Positions 30,191 through 43,521 of a stretch of DNA of 64,000 nt are shown one piece after another. The DNA comes from Octopus vulgaris (Eukaryota): the NCBI GenBank assembly GCA_951406725.2, contig OX597814.1:215078001-215142000 (forward strand). Reading direction: 5' to 3'. The notes beneath the pieces were generated by a model, which saw only the letters and a program-made list of their open reading frames with translations, was not told where the DNA came from and ran no database searches. Each line of letters begins with the position of its first letter. Position 1 is the stretch's first letter. A program made the position numbers and the translations under genes.

Positions 30191-30888
30191 CATTCAACCA
30201 TGGTAGTCAATCATTTCGCCAATCGCAGCAGCTTCCAAGCCTCACTATTAGTTCAGTTCTTAGCTAAATTGTAAACTGTTAATATTTTTGGACAGGACTC
30301 GCCCTCAGCTACATTAAGGCATAAATAGTTTGAGATTTGGTTCAGTAGAAGAAAAGTTATATCGAAATATGTCAGACCTCAAGGTGGGCTGCAAGATAGG
30401 TATTTCATCTTCAATTAACATAATTTTTTTTTTATTTTAAAATAAATGTATACTTTTTTTAAATGATACAAAAATGCGTGAAAAATTCAGAATCGTTAGT
30501 CGTATTGAACAAAAATTAGTAGAAAAATATTTATGAGGTAACATGTCATTAAATGCGAAATAAGTGAGGAAGTAAAGAAGGCAATAATGCCCCAAGCAAT
30601 AAGAATATATTTCTAAAATGAAAATTCGCATTCTGGGGCGGCGAGCTGGCAGAAACGTTAGCCCGCTCAGCGAAATGCTTAGTCGTAGTTTGTATTTGCG
30701 CTCTGAGTTCAAATTCCACCGAGGTCGATTTAGTCTTCCATCCATTTCGGGTCTGTTCAATTTGGCGTACAGATTGTTTAATGTTTTTTTTTATAGCTAA
30801 ACTCTTTGAAACTCCCGATATTGGTAGAATGTGACACATAGAACAAGGCTTACTATCAACGTTTTTGACAAATTTTGTATTTTAGAAG

Positions 30889-30958
<70 letters not shown>

Positions 30959-31224
30959 GAAATATGTTACGAAAAGAAAATATAAAATACACGTGAAAAT
31001 GTAAGGGTAAAATATGAAAATTCAACGAAAATGCATATTGCAGAAAGATAAAGTCTATTTATGACAGGTAACGACAAATATATACATTTAGATTGACTGA
31101 GGTAGTAATACGAGTCATAAAAGTCATTATTATGAGATGATTATAAGATGATAATAAAGTAAGAGAACAAAACGAACCAATAGTTTACGCAAAGCTATTC
31201 ATCGTTTGAACAACAACACATATA

Positions 31225-31277
<53 letters not shown>

Positions 31278-31559
31278 GTGAGGTATTGGAATCTTATATG
31301 TATACCATTCTGCCTAAATAATAGATCTACAAATGCAATATCCCTGCGTATCTCACATCTAGTTTCATTCCTCCACTTCACTCTCTATTTCGTATCTTAT
31401 CTAAATTAACTATTGCTTAACCATTTTCTCACACTGTTTCCGATTAAGGGATATAGTAAATATCCTGGAAACAGCTGTAAGACCTTATATTTATAAATGT
31501 CCTAAAATCTTCACAGCCTTGGGTTTTTTTTTTTTATCTCATTCTGAAAAATATTTTTA

Positions 31560-31970
31560 TTCTTTTACTTGTTTCGGTAATTTCATTGCGCCCATGCTGG
31601 AGCACCACCTTCTGTCGAGCAAATCGACTCCAGGACTTATTCTTTGTAAGCATAGTACTTATGTTACTATTCTCTTTTGCCGAAATGCTAGGTTATGGGG
31701 ACGTAAACACACCAGCGTCGGTTGTCAAGCGATGTTGGGGGATAAACACAGACACATAAACCTATACACACACTTAAACACACACACACGCACACGCACA
31801 TATATATACACGACAGGATTCTTTCAGTTTTCCCCTACAAAATCCACTCACAAGGCATTGGTTGGCCCAAGGCTATAGTAGAAGACATCTGCCCAAGGTG
31901 CTATGCTGAAGGACTGAACCTGGAACCATGTGGTTGGTAAGCAAGCTATTTACCACACAGCCACTCCTGT
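31560..31970 (-). mobile_element. SINE family A
   Basis: Collinear with family A. Inverted relative to the copy at 32115-32450. Confidence 0.8.
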
Positions 31971-32114
31971 GTCCTACGTATATATATATATATATATACA
32001 CACACAATTGAAATTTACAGAAAAACAAAAGACAACGACAAGCATATGAACAACAAGAAGGTGTATTAGTTTGATGAAGTGAGAATGTCTTTTATTTTCG
32101 AGCCTACAATAACT

Positions 32115-32169
32115 TCGGGCCAACCAAGGCCTTGTGAGTGGATTTGGTAGATGGAAACTGAAATCCGTC

Positions 32170-32238
<69 letters not shown>

Positions 32239-32450
32239 TGTATTTGTGTCTGTGTTTGTCCCTCCATCATCGCTTGACAACGGATGTTGCTGTGTTTATG
32301 TTTCCGTAATCCAGCGGTTCTGCAAAAGAGACCGACAGAAGTACTAGGCATACAAAGAATAAGTCTTGGGGTCAAATTATTTGATTAAAGGCAGTGCTCC
32401 AGCATGGCAGTAGTCAAAATGACTGAAACAAGTAAAAGAATAAAAGAGTA
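32115..32450 (+). mobile_element. SINE family A (5'-truncated)
   Basis: Collinear with family A. Confidence 0.78.
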
Positions 32451-32648
32451 AAACAATACACATACACACAGATTAAGGGAATCTCGAACACAGGAAAAAT
32501 CGGGGTCCACATTTTCCTATCTATAGTGGTATTTTAACCCGATTTTCTAAAGCTTTTTTCACCCTATCCTCCTGCATTGGAAATTTTCTTAATTTCTATA
32601 AGTGTGTCGCTGATTCGACGCTTGAATATTAGATTTTATCTATCTATC

Positions 32649-35600
32649 AGTCTATGCACCATCTTTAACAAATCGATGGGAGTTCTTTCAACGTCTAGAA
32701 GTAATCTTTACTTTTAGTGAGGGATTGGAATGCTACCTTGGACACGCATGTAGACTTTGTGGATACTGATAAAAATAGACGGGGATGCAAATGCCACAAA
32801 GACCTGCTCAGACGTTTTCAACTGTCCGACAGGTACCGACTCGAGCTCCCGAATACGCCAACATGGACATGGAGCACCACAGAATACTGTGTAGGACAGT
32901 AGATAGAGGAGAGTGTAGGTTGTCCACAATTTCATATAGTCAGCTACACAGATCACAGATTTGTGACTTGTACGCTAGACTTAGATAAGACACAAAGGCG
33001 GGTCCCGGTTACTGGAAACTGAACGCGTCTTTCCCGTCAAGACAGGTTTACAGAGACCGGATTAGCACATTAGTGAAGAGGGCTTTGACGGGAGCAATCA
33101 TCAATAACAAATGGTGGTTTGCAATCAAAAGATCAACAAAAGCAGAATCCATTAGGTATAGTAAAGCCCTAGCATTAGGAGATCTAGTAAAGAAAATAGA
33201 AGAAGCAATTAAAAGTGGCATCGTATCCAATGTGTTGGCCCTTGGCCAACACTTCAACGCCAAACACAAAGGATACATTGTCAGAGCTAGGATGCGTGCT
33301 CTAAGAAACGAAGGAATTGGAGTCACGCGAGAGGCCCCAGTGGCAGAGGCACAACAAAGCCACTATTCGGTCTCTGATAGATGAACAGGGGCGTGAATTA
33401 CTTTAACCTAGAAAAATGTGTGAGGCCTTTCAACAGCACTTTGCTCGACTGCTTGGGACAACTGGCAAACCAGAACGCTGGGTGGACTTCAGTGCCTACC
33501 TGCATGGTCTACCACGACTCTCGGCAAGAGAGGCAGAGTGTTGTTAGTTAGTTAATTTTTTGGCTCAAAAAGCAAAAAGCAAGGCAATGTAGGGGAAGCA
33601 AGGCCATGTGAAAAACCCATCATAGCCGCGGACGTACGGAATGCGATGGCAGACTGCGTGGGAGACAAGTCGCCAGGCTTGGATGGTCTGCCCTACGAAC
33701 TTTATTGTCATATGCCATACTTGTTTGGAGGCGTCTTGGCAGCAGTCTACTGCAACTGGCAACAAATCGGGGGTATCCCCGTTTCTGTGAAACGAGGAAC
33801 GGTGGCACTGCTAAAGAAAGATCCAAACAAGGGGAACGCCATAGATAACTTCAGGCCCATCACTCTGCTCAATACAGATTTGAAGATTTTGGCCAAGATG
33901 TTAGCCAAGAAGTTGGCGCTTGTCATCGAGAAACTGGTCGACAAGGTACAAACGTGCGCTGTTGCCGGGCAGAAGTATCCACGACAACCTCCATCCGATG
34001 CGCTACATCATAGACAGGCTAGTTAAGAAACCTGGCATAGGTGGGGCGCTGATCAATTTTGATCAATCCAAAGTTTTCGATGGAGCAGACCATCGATAGT
34101 TGGAGGCTGTCTTCATAGCGGCTGGTTTCGGATCCGTTTTCCGCGGCTGGATTGCTGCCGCATTCAGCGGCATCCGTTCAGTAGTTCGCGTGAATGGGCA
34201 TCTATCCAGATCATTTGACACTGCACGTTCGGTCCGTCAGGGATGCCCTCTCTCGTCGCTTCTGTACATATTGACTCTCGAGCCACTACTAAGGAAGCTG
34301 GCGACGCCAAGGGGCATCCCACGAGAATTGGGATGTGGAACGAGCATGTCTGCATACGTGGATGACGTAACCGTCATAGTGTCTAGCCACGGCCATATTG
34401 ATCTGGTTGATGAGACACTAAAAGAATGCGAAGCGGTAACGGGAGCGAAAATTAACCGGGAAAAGTCAGTGGGCTTGCAGCTCGGCACCTAGAAAAGCAA
34501 GCCCATGCTATCCAACAGCGTCTCCGTCGTGAGACGCTGGACCGACGGACCAGTTAAATTGCTCGGGGTCTGTTCGGGCCAGACCTCCAAATGGAGAAGA
34601 ATTGGAACAAGATAACGAGTAGGGTGGCCACTCTCACCCAGCAATGGACCGAGAGGAAGCTATCCCTGAAGGGTCGAGCGGAGGTGGTGAACATGTACAT
34701 CGCGTCCATCATCTACTACCGCTTGACCGTCGTGCCTTGTCCCGACCCTACCATCACCAAACTGGAATGCATCCTCTTTTGCTTCTTGTAGAAAGGAAGC
34801 ATTCCGATGGTCAGGTTATGCATTTGCTGCCAACACCCGCTAAAAGGAGGGATGGGCATGCCATGATTAATGATGCGCAGACATGCGCTGAGACTGCGAC
34901 ATATCCGGCGCTTCATAGACGACAGTGAACAGGTGTGGTCACCATTAGTGGAGCGCACTTTCCCACAGCTCGTCTCTTTGACCGAACTGCAGTCGTGGAT
35001 CAAAAAGAGGCCGAGGAAGGGCGAATGGCACTGCAAGTGTCGCGTTGCCCTCAAGCAGCTCTGACGTCCCGGATCGAACTTGCATGACTGCAATACTACT
35101 AAAGCATTCTATAGACAATTAGTGGAGGGGAGGTATGATGACGATCTTGGGGAGAACCTGGACATCGAAAAGGAATACCTGACCCGCCTGTTCAAGACAA
35201 CTTTCGGGTCAGGACCTATGGACAACTTCCAGAAATCCCAGACCTGGCAGTGCTATCGAGAAGCACTACCAGTTCGAGATAAGCTCTACAGACATGGCTC
35301 TAGAAACACCGGACTGACCTCCCTGAGTGCAGTGTCAAACCATTTCCAGCCTGTGGGCTTATGTCGAACAACTGTTGTCGCGTATTGGACGAGTTGGTTT
35401 ATCAGCTGAGTCTATCATTAATATTTCCCCACCTCCTTCCTTCAAACGAGAAGGAAGATCTGGGCTATGGCGAAAGAATGTGCATGGTGGATGCGTTTGA
35501 AAGGCCTAGAAACAAACACTTTCCTCTCTGGTCAATAACTCATCAACTTTTTCAAGTATCACTTGAAAAGGAAGGTGAGAGTAGAGAGGGAAGTTTTGTC

Positions 35601-36000
35601 TAGTGAATGTTTCACGGAAAGATGGGTGGATTTAGCAAGAATGGCACGTGTATTTGACTGAGCCACCTTGACCATAGTCCTATGAACCAAAGAGAAAAAG
35701 AAAGAGACTACTTCACTCTAATGTACTTTTGTATTTCATTGCTCGAGGTTACCGTGGTCTTTTCGTAGGCTTTTCTTTCCACGGATAAACCTAATATATT
35801 TTTTCACATTTTTACTGTTTTACTGTGATACATAATCCCTTTTGATCGTTTAAAAATTTTTTTTTTACACGATCCCTTTTGATCAGAAATTTATTTTCTC
35901 CTTTTTTTTTACCTCTATTTTCTTTTTTCTCTCAAAAAGAAAAGGTCCACATTGTACCTTGTCCCTGTGTTCGGCCCTGTGTGGCAAATAAAGAGAGTTG
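32649..36000 (+). mobile_element. 5'-truncated, degenerate Tx1/L1-clade LINE (ORF2: APE endonuclease + reverse transcriptase)
   Basis: Motifs VYAP, (G/R)DWN, GPGYWKLN, KSPGLDGLPYELY, NFRPITLLNTDLKILAK, SVRQGCPLS, YVDD and LSLKGRAEV, spread across frameshifted ORFs. T-rich 3'UTR, AATAAA at 35987, flanked by (TATC)3 on both sides. Confidence 0.9.
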
Positions 36001-36187
36001 TCTATCTATCTATCAATCAATATATATATATATATATATATAATTTCACTATTTGATTACACAAAGTGATTGAAGCTTGAATGTCTCAAAATTTTATTTA
36101 GCTACATATTCATAATTTAAATTTTTTATTTTATATTATTAAAATTCTGAGAAAAGGTCTCCAATGAAATTTTTGCTCATTTTACAG

Positions 36188-36426
36188 GGATCACACTGAA
36201 GTAACGTATGTACAAGAAGTTCCTTTGAAGATGCTTCATAAATTGCCTGAAGTAACTGGTATTCCATGCAAGGAAATCGTAGCAATTGTTTTCCAATATG
36301 GAGCCAACTTTTCAGGTCCTGGGAATGATGTATTCCGAGAAGATCGAGCTAACGTTACCCCAGAGAAAGCTGACAAATCAAATTTTCTTCATCCTGTATT
36401 ATATCATTACAAAAAGCTACCGAGTG
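36188..36426 (+). CDS. FOXRED2: FOXRED2 coding exon
   Basis: Encodes DHTEVTYVQEVPLKML...YGANFSGPGNDVFREDR...SNFLHPVLYHYKKLP (human YGRNFSGPDKDVF...SNFLHPVIYYY). Acceptor tttacAG, donor GTgagt at 36427. Confidence 0.95.
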
Positions 36427-36545
36427 GTGAGTTTTTAAAAATTATTTTAGGTGTCTATTTTATCTTTATACTTAAGCTAATTATACTTATATGTTAAATG
36501 CAATGTAGGAGAGTCAGAGCTACTACTTAAAACATTTGCACATAT

Positions 36546-37451
36546 ACTCTTTTACTCTTTTACTTGTTTCAGTCATTTGACTGCGGCCATGCTGGAGCAC
36601 CGCCTTTAATCGAGCAACTCGACCCCAGGACTTATTCTTTTGTAAGCCCAGTACTTATTCTATCGGTCTCTTTTGCCGAACCGCTAAGTAACGGGGACAT
36701 AAACACACCAGCATCAGTTGTCAAGCAATGCTAGGGGGACATACACAGACACACAAACACACACATATATATATATATATACATACATATGTGCCGGTGA
36801 CATGTAAAAGCACCGTCCGTTCGTGGCCGTTTGCCAGCTCTGTCTGGCCCCATGTCGGTGGCACGTAAAAGCACCATCCGTTCGTGTCTGTTGCCAGCCT
36901 CGGCTGGCCCCCGTGCTGGTGACATGTAAAAGCACCGTCCGTTCGTGGCCGTTTGCCAGCTCTGTCTGGCCCCGTGTCGGTGACACGTAAAAGCACCATC
37001 CGTTCGTGTCCGTTGCCAGCATCGCCTGGCCCCGTGCCGGTGACACGTAAAAGCACCATCCGTTCGTGGCCGTTCGCCAGCTCTGTCTGGCACCTGTGCA
37101 GGTGGCACGTAAAAACACCCACTACACTCGCGGAGTGGTTGGCGTTAGGAAGGGCATCCAGCCGTAGAAACACTGCCAGATCTGACTGGGCCTGACGAAG
37201 CCTTCCAGCTTCACAGACCCCAGTTGACCCGTCCAACCCATGCTAGCATGGAAAGCAGACGCTAAATGACGATGATGATGATGATGATGATATACGACGG
37301 GCTTCTTTCGGTTTCCCAAATCCACTCACAAAGCTTTGGTCGGCTCGAGGCTATAGTAGAAGACACTTGCCCAAGGTGCCACGCAGTGGGACTGAACCCG
37401 GAACCATGTGGTTGGTAAACAAGCTACTTACCACACAGCCACTCCTGCGCC
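36546..37451 (-). mobile_element. SINE family A split by a family D element (36790-37290)
   Basis: Tail half at 36546-36790, head half at 37291-37451. Confidence 0.8.
36790..37290 (+). mobile_element. family D retroposon: internal ~60-bp tandem repeat + GGAAGGGCATCC body + (GAT)n tail
   Basis: Five ~60-bp units (GGTGRCACGTAAAAGCACC..CCGTTCGTG...), then the body, ending GACGCTAAATGACGATGATGATG. Other copies at about 39680-40030, 40717-40878, 42961-43270, 46770-47175, 48731-49290, 57633-57927 and 60612-60800. Confidence 0.8.
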
Positions 37452-37802
37452 TATCATTGTGTCTTTGTTTTATTTTATAAATAGTACAATACAGTAATAT
37501 AGTATCAGTGCTCAGATTGTAGGTATACGACCGACCGAAGACTACACTATATCAAAGTATGGAAGCTGCTACAAAATGCAACAAAAGTGAATATAATAGT
37601 AAATGTGTGTTTTGAATTACTATCGTGACTATCACAATAAAATGGTCTTACTCTTAATACACTGTCAGCTCAACTCACCTGTCAAGTCTGAAAGAACAGG
37701 TAATAATTCTATTGTATCCAATTTTTAAAACTGGACTGAGTGTTTCTGCTATTTGAATGAAGATATCTTCCACATATGAATATCTCTTCCTAATGACACA
37801 CA

Positions 37803-38278
37803 TTATAATAATAATAATAATAATTGTGTACAGTGCTCAGGTGCACTACAACTCATCTAAAGTGTATGTATAATCAGGTGTAGTTTCGGCGGATTTCGGA
37901 AAGCATGAGGGCCTTAAAGGATGCAGTGTCATGGCAGTCAACAACTGACGCAGGCAGTTTATTCCATGCTTCAGCAACTCTGAGCGTGAAAAAATGTTTC
38001 CGAAAGTCATGGGAGCTGTATTGTTTTCTGACTTTGTAGGCATGTCCACGTGTGTTGGACACATGGAGATCAAAAAGGTGTTCAGTGTTGTTGTTGGTGA
38101 GGTGGTTGATAACTTTGAGGGTGTTTACCAAGTCCGTCGCCAAACGCCGGAGCTTCAGTGAATCCATGCCCAGGGAAACAAGGCGCTCAGAATATGGTAG
38201 GTGTCTGATGGAGGGTATGCGTTTGGTTGCACGTCTCTGGACAGATTCCAGGAGGTCAATGTTCTGTGCATTCAAATG
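37803..38278 (-). mobile_element. CR1-clade LINE 3' fragment
   Basis: LLESVQRRATK...LPYSERL...TRGH...RKHFFTLRVAEAWNKLP is a typical CR1 ORF2 C-terminus. (ATT)n tail at about 37803-37824. Confidence 0.88.
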
Positions 38279-38520
38279 GGATGTGTGAGAGAGACCAATT
38301 GTAAAGGAGTTCTTTACCAGGTGAGACATGATTATTTTCAGAAATCCTGGTTTAACAAAGTGTGGAATTATGTTAAGTGAGTTACAAGATTTGATATTTA
38401 TCTACATGTACTTTAGGTTATCGTTCAGATCATGAAGTATGATAGGATACGGTTATAAAGTACGATAGGAAGCCACACCTGAAATGGGAGAAATAAAGCA
38501 CTTCCTCATAATGAATTTAA

Positions 38521-38715
38521 CCCTTTTGTTACCATATTTCTGTTGAAATGCTCTGTGTTTCTTTCAAAGAATTTAGTAAAATAACTTAGTTATCATTAAG
38601 CTAGTGTTAGGAATACAAATTGTGACTAAGGTTTGGTGGAAGATTTTAGTTCAGAACTTTTAAAAACAAGGCATTTGTACTACAGAGTCAAAGGCGGTTT
38701 CAGGCGGGTTGGTAG
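38521..38715. mobile_element. piggyBac-like MITE, second copy of the 49979-50596 element
   Basis: Starts TTAA|CCCTTTTGTTACC and is collinear with the nested copy without the Helitron. Confidence 0.65.
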
Positions 38716-38889
38716 GATAACTGGTTGCTATTTCAAGGAGGACAGGCACGTGTGAAGATACTCACTCATCTGTTGATAGTCATGGACCCCTTTGATTCCT
38801 TGTCTTAGCATATTGGATCCTCACACCTATTCAATGCTTTAAAAAAATCTATTACATTTTTATGCTTATTATTAGGAATTCTTTTATCT

Positions 38890-39248
38890 TCTTTTACTCG
38901 TTTCAGTCCTTAGACGGTGACCATGCTGGGGCATCACCTTGAAGAATTTTTGATCTAATGCATCGACCCTAATACTTACTTTTTATAAGACTCATACTTA
39001 TTCTATCGGTCTTTTTTGCCAAACTGCTAAGTTACGGGAATGTAAACATTATCACCAGTTGTCAAGCAGTGGTGGGGGTTGAACACAGACACAAACACCA
39101 CACACACACACATATATACGACGGGCTTCTTTTCAGTTTCCATCTACCAAATCCACTTGCAAGGCTTTGGTTAGCCCGAGGCTATAGAAGACACTTGCCC
39201 AAGGTGCCATGCACTGGGACTGAACCTAGAACCATGTGGTTGAGAAGC
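38890..39248 (-). mobile_element. SINE family A (diverged)
   Basis: Collinear with family A but carries more substitutions. Confidence 0.7.
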
Positions 39249-41380
39249 ACACCTGTTAATATATTTTGTGTATCATAAGAATATATATAATGCATTGCAC
39301 ATAGATTTTAACAGCAAAAATCTTATAAGAATCCTCAAGGGTCATGTGGACCCCGGTTGAGAACCGGTGGTCACGGCGAACGCAAAAGTAAAAAAAAAGT
39401 GAGATGCCATGTTTCGCTGTTTTATCAACCGTTTTTGTGATTCCTATGCAGACAAATTTTTCTCATGCGTTTTTGTCCTATCCTTTACTGATGTTATAGT
39501 CGAAAATAATATTCAATCAGGAATTTTTTTTATCATTATTCTACCACTTAACATAGTGACAATCGACTTATCCTTTCAGGTGATTAGCTATCTGCTCAAA
39601 GTTAGCTTTCGTTTGATCTATAATGTGAGAAAAACTGAATTTTAAATTTGATTTCGTTTTAACCATGTGTGAAGTCAGAATCATCATCATCATCATCATC
39701 ATCGTTTAACGTCCACTTTCCATGCTGGCATGGGTTGGACGATTTTGACTGAGGGCTGGTGAGCCAGATGGCTGCACCAGGCTCCAATCTTGATTTGGCA
39801 GAGTTTCTACAGCTTGATGCCCTTCCTAATGCCAACCACTCCGAGAGTGTAGTGGGTGCTTTTTACGTGCCACCAGCATGGGGGCCAGTCAGGCGGCACT
39901 GGCAACGACCTCGCTCGAATCTTTTTACACGTGCCAGTGAAGCGACGTTGGTGACGATCACACTCGAATGGTGCCCTTTTACGTGCCACGGGTACGGAAG
40001 CCAGTTGGCTGGTCTGGCAACGATCACGCTCATACAAAACAAATGTAAAAACAGAAGCCCAATGGAGTTATCTACTGAAACAGCTTAGTTCCCCCTGATA
40101 ATTCTCACTTTCATTAAAAACAGATAATATCTAAACCATATGAAGTGGATATTGTCAAGGTGATTTTGTGAAGTCAGAATGCATTGAAGCATTCATGAAA
40201 GTAACAGCAATAGATTTCCATTGTACTTTAGCTATTTCCATTATATTGTGCAGAATGTTTACTTAAATTCTAGAGTATTCAGCATTACAAAGAATGAATT
40301 CTTAAAAACCAAATTGCGTGTGCACACACGTGTTTATGTAATGTGTGTGTGTTTTTGTTAGTTCAGTTACAAACATTAAACAGAAGATTCACTCAGTAAC
40401 TATTTCATTTTCACAAGAGAAAGGTTACCTGTTATTACTTCGAATTATTGGTTTAGTAACTGGAAACCACAACAGAGATCTATGAAAATATAGATTGTTT
40501 CATGTCTGTCATGGTTTCTGACTGAACATGCGTGGAAACTGAACAAAATTTTCAGAAGTTGACCCAAACCTCATAGGCAGAGTATGTGCACAAGCAAATT
40601 CACAGTACTTTCCTGCCATCTTCTCTTGATTGACATTTGATGTTAATGGGTGACTTACTATGTCTATGTCTGTATATTTACATATGTTGCATATGTATGC
40701 GCATGCAATTATAAATACTACACTCACGGAGTGGTTGGCATTAGGAAGGGCATCCAGCTGTAGAAACACTGCCAGATCAGACTGGAGCCTGGTGCAGCGT
40801 CCTAGCTTCCCAGATCCCGGTCGAACCGTCCAACCCATGCTAGCATGGAAAACGGACGTTAAACGATGATGATGATGAGTGTGTATAAGCTGTTCTGTTC
40901 ATCACTATGGCCTAGGATCCCACATACATGCAAAAATCGGTCTTGGCAGACATCAGTGGCGCCGATATAAAAGAGGAAGAAAGAAATACTCGGTTATGGT
41001 TGTAGTCTTTTATATTTATTATTTGTATGCCTGACCAGATGTAACTTGGGACGTATTAGTAACAAAGTAGCCTGCGACAGAAACTCTGAACAGTTACACT
41101 CTAAAGAAACATGTTACAGTGTGTGTTCGTCTCGAAGGCAAAAAGCTCTCTAATCTCCATAACTATCATCCAAATGCTTTCCTTTCCAATAACTCAAGTT
41201 GATTAAAATAATCCATAAACAACCATTAGAGACCCCCTCCATAAGGTAATTTTTTTTCTCTCTATTGGACCGGGAGGAGGTAATGAGGTTATAGGGCCTT
41301 ACTTCAGTTGAGAGTAAAAATGATAAATATTGTCCTATTGTTATTCTGAATTTATCTCCCTCCTCCTTATCAACATTATA

Positions 41381-41632
41381 ATAAAAAATAAATGCACCCT
41401 TTTAAAGCCTAACCAGGCTCATGGGCCCAGTTTCAATGGCATATGTGTTCCCCAGCTGAACGGGATGCCAGTCCATCGCAGCGTTACTCATTTTTGCCAG
41501 CTGAGTGGACTGGAGCAACGTGAAATGAAGTGTTTTGCTCAAGAACACAACGCGTCACCCGGTCCAGGAATCGAAACCACAATCTTACGATCATGATGCC
41601 GACACCCTAACCACTAGGCCACGTGCCTCCAC
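41381..41632 (-). mobile_element. SINE family C (tail X) with 13-bp TSD
   Basis: tRNA-like head GGAGGCACGTGGCCTAGTGGTTAGGG...GGTTTCGATTCC. TSD TATCAACATTATA. Confidence 0.82.
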
Positions 41633-42771
41633 TATCAACATTATAGTCACTGCAAATACATCTATTGATGATTACCTCCCCTATGTAACTCATCAGGTTT
41701 TTATCTCCTGAGAACTTTGCCAAAAGCAACGTTTTAATTGATGTAAGCAAAACTTTTACTGTATTTGATATGAGAAGCTTCTAGCTAAGTTGTGTAACGA
41801 TGGGATATATCCATCGTTCATCTTCTGGACTGCAAGTTTGCCGTCAAACTACGCCCTTATAGCATATGTCAACAAGGCCTTCTTCCCACCAGCATCTTTT
41901 TATGTTCATGTAAATTCTTATATGTATTGGTGTGTGGGTAGGTGTGATTGGACGAATGCAGGAGTTATATACGATCTACTTCAAATTTCTTGCTCGGATA
42001 GCGCGGTAATCGGACAAGCTGTATAAGCATACCCTGCCTAATCCGGCAATCGTTCAGACTCAGATAACATGGGTATTAAGGAAAAACGTTAAGGTACGTT
42101 CTCAAAGAGAAGGGGGATAATTCTGTTCATGGAGTCTACGTTATGTCCCTTTAACTCATTAAATGAAGAATATTGTTAATGTGTTATATCTATACCTAGT
42201 TAGGTGGGAAGAGTCATGTAAGAAAGGCTAAACTATATATATATAATATATCATAAAAAAGGAGGATGCAAAATGATCGCGATACAGGCAGTTCGTTAGC
42301 CTCAAGCAAAGACATGGCTTGTAGAGATGACACAGAGCAGATAATACTCGATCAATAAAGTTTATTAATCAACATATGTTGTGCACTGCATACCATATGG
42401 AATTAGATCAATTCCAATAAGATGACTGACACCATACAACTCTAATATATCGCAACAAAGGTTGCTAACTATGTGATTATAAATCGGTGGGAATGAAGTA
42501 GTTAAATACACACTACATAAGTTTCCAAAGGATAAACTGAATGGAAGTTATGTAATTAAGTTATTACATATACGCTCTTCTGCTACTTTTACCTATTGTT
42601 TATTAGTTCATTGTCAAAACATAACTTCAATGAACCGTGAAGAGCAAGGGGGAAACATTTGGAAATTCAAGTCACAAGATGACAATTGTAATACAAAAAT
42701 ATATATTTTCCATAACTATTCAGTATTGTGTAGCAAAGGCTAAATTGAAACTAAATATATTTTGCACATGT

Positions 42772-43521
42772 GCATAGAGTGGCTGTGTGGTAAGTAGCTT
42801 GCTTATGAACCACATGGTTCTGGGTTCAGTCCCACTGCGTGGCACCTTGAGCAAGTGTCTTCTACTATAGCCTTGGGTCGACCAAAGCCTTGTGAGTGGA
42901 TTTGGTAGACAGAAACTGAAAGAAGCCTGTCATATATATGTATATATATATATATATATTATCATCATCATCATCATCGTTTAACGTCCGCTTTCCGCGC
43001 TAGCACGGGTTGGACGGTTCGACCGGGGTCTGGGGAGCCAGGGGCTGCCCCAGGCTCCAGTCTGGTCTGGCAGTGTTTCTACAGCTGGATGCCCTTCCTA
43101 ACGCCAACCACTCCGCGAGTGTAGTGGGTGCTTTTTACGTGCCACCTGCACAGGTGCCAGAGGGGTCTGGCATCGGCCACGGTCGGTTGGTGCTTTTTAT
43201 GTGCCACCTGCACAGAAGCCAGTCGGGGCGGTGCTGGCATCGGCCACGTTCGGATGGTGCTTTTTATGTGGGGGGGGGGTGCAGGAATGTAGGGGAGCAC
43301 ATGTGGGGAGGGGTGTTCGGAGAAGCGATGACAGGTTCTAGACAAGTAGAACGTAGGATATCACGAGAGGGGTAATGCATGGTGAAATAGCGTATTGAAG
43401 ACATCTATAATGGTGGTGGGAGAAGCGACATCCGGTATAGATGGAGCAAAAATATAGAGATATCCGGTATTGGTGGTGGGGGTGGGCAAGGGCGGGCGCA
43501 CCGCCAATGGCAGAAGATGGA

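Noticed and set aside
36714-37236. 134-171 aa repetitive ORFs
   Set aside because: They derive from the 60-bp tandem units of family D, are open in several frames, and show no protein homology I recognise.
41560-41632. tRNA gene (also other SINE heads)
   Set aside because: The A/B-box-like heads continue into SINE bodies with TSDs, and no complete cloverleaf is evident.
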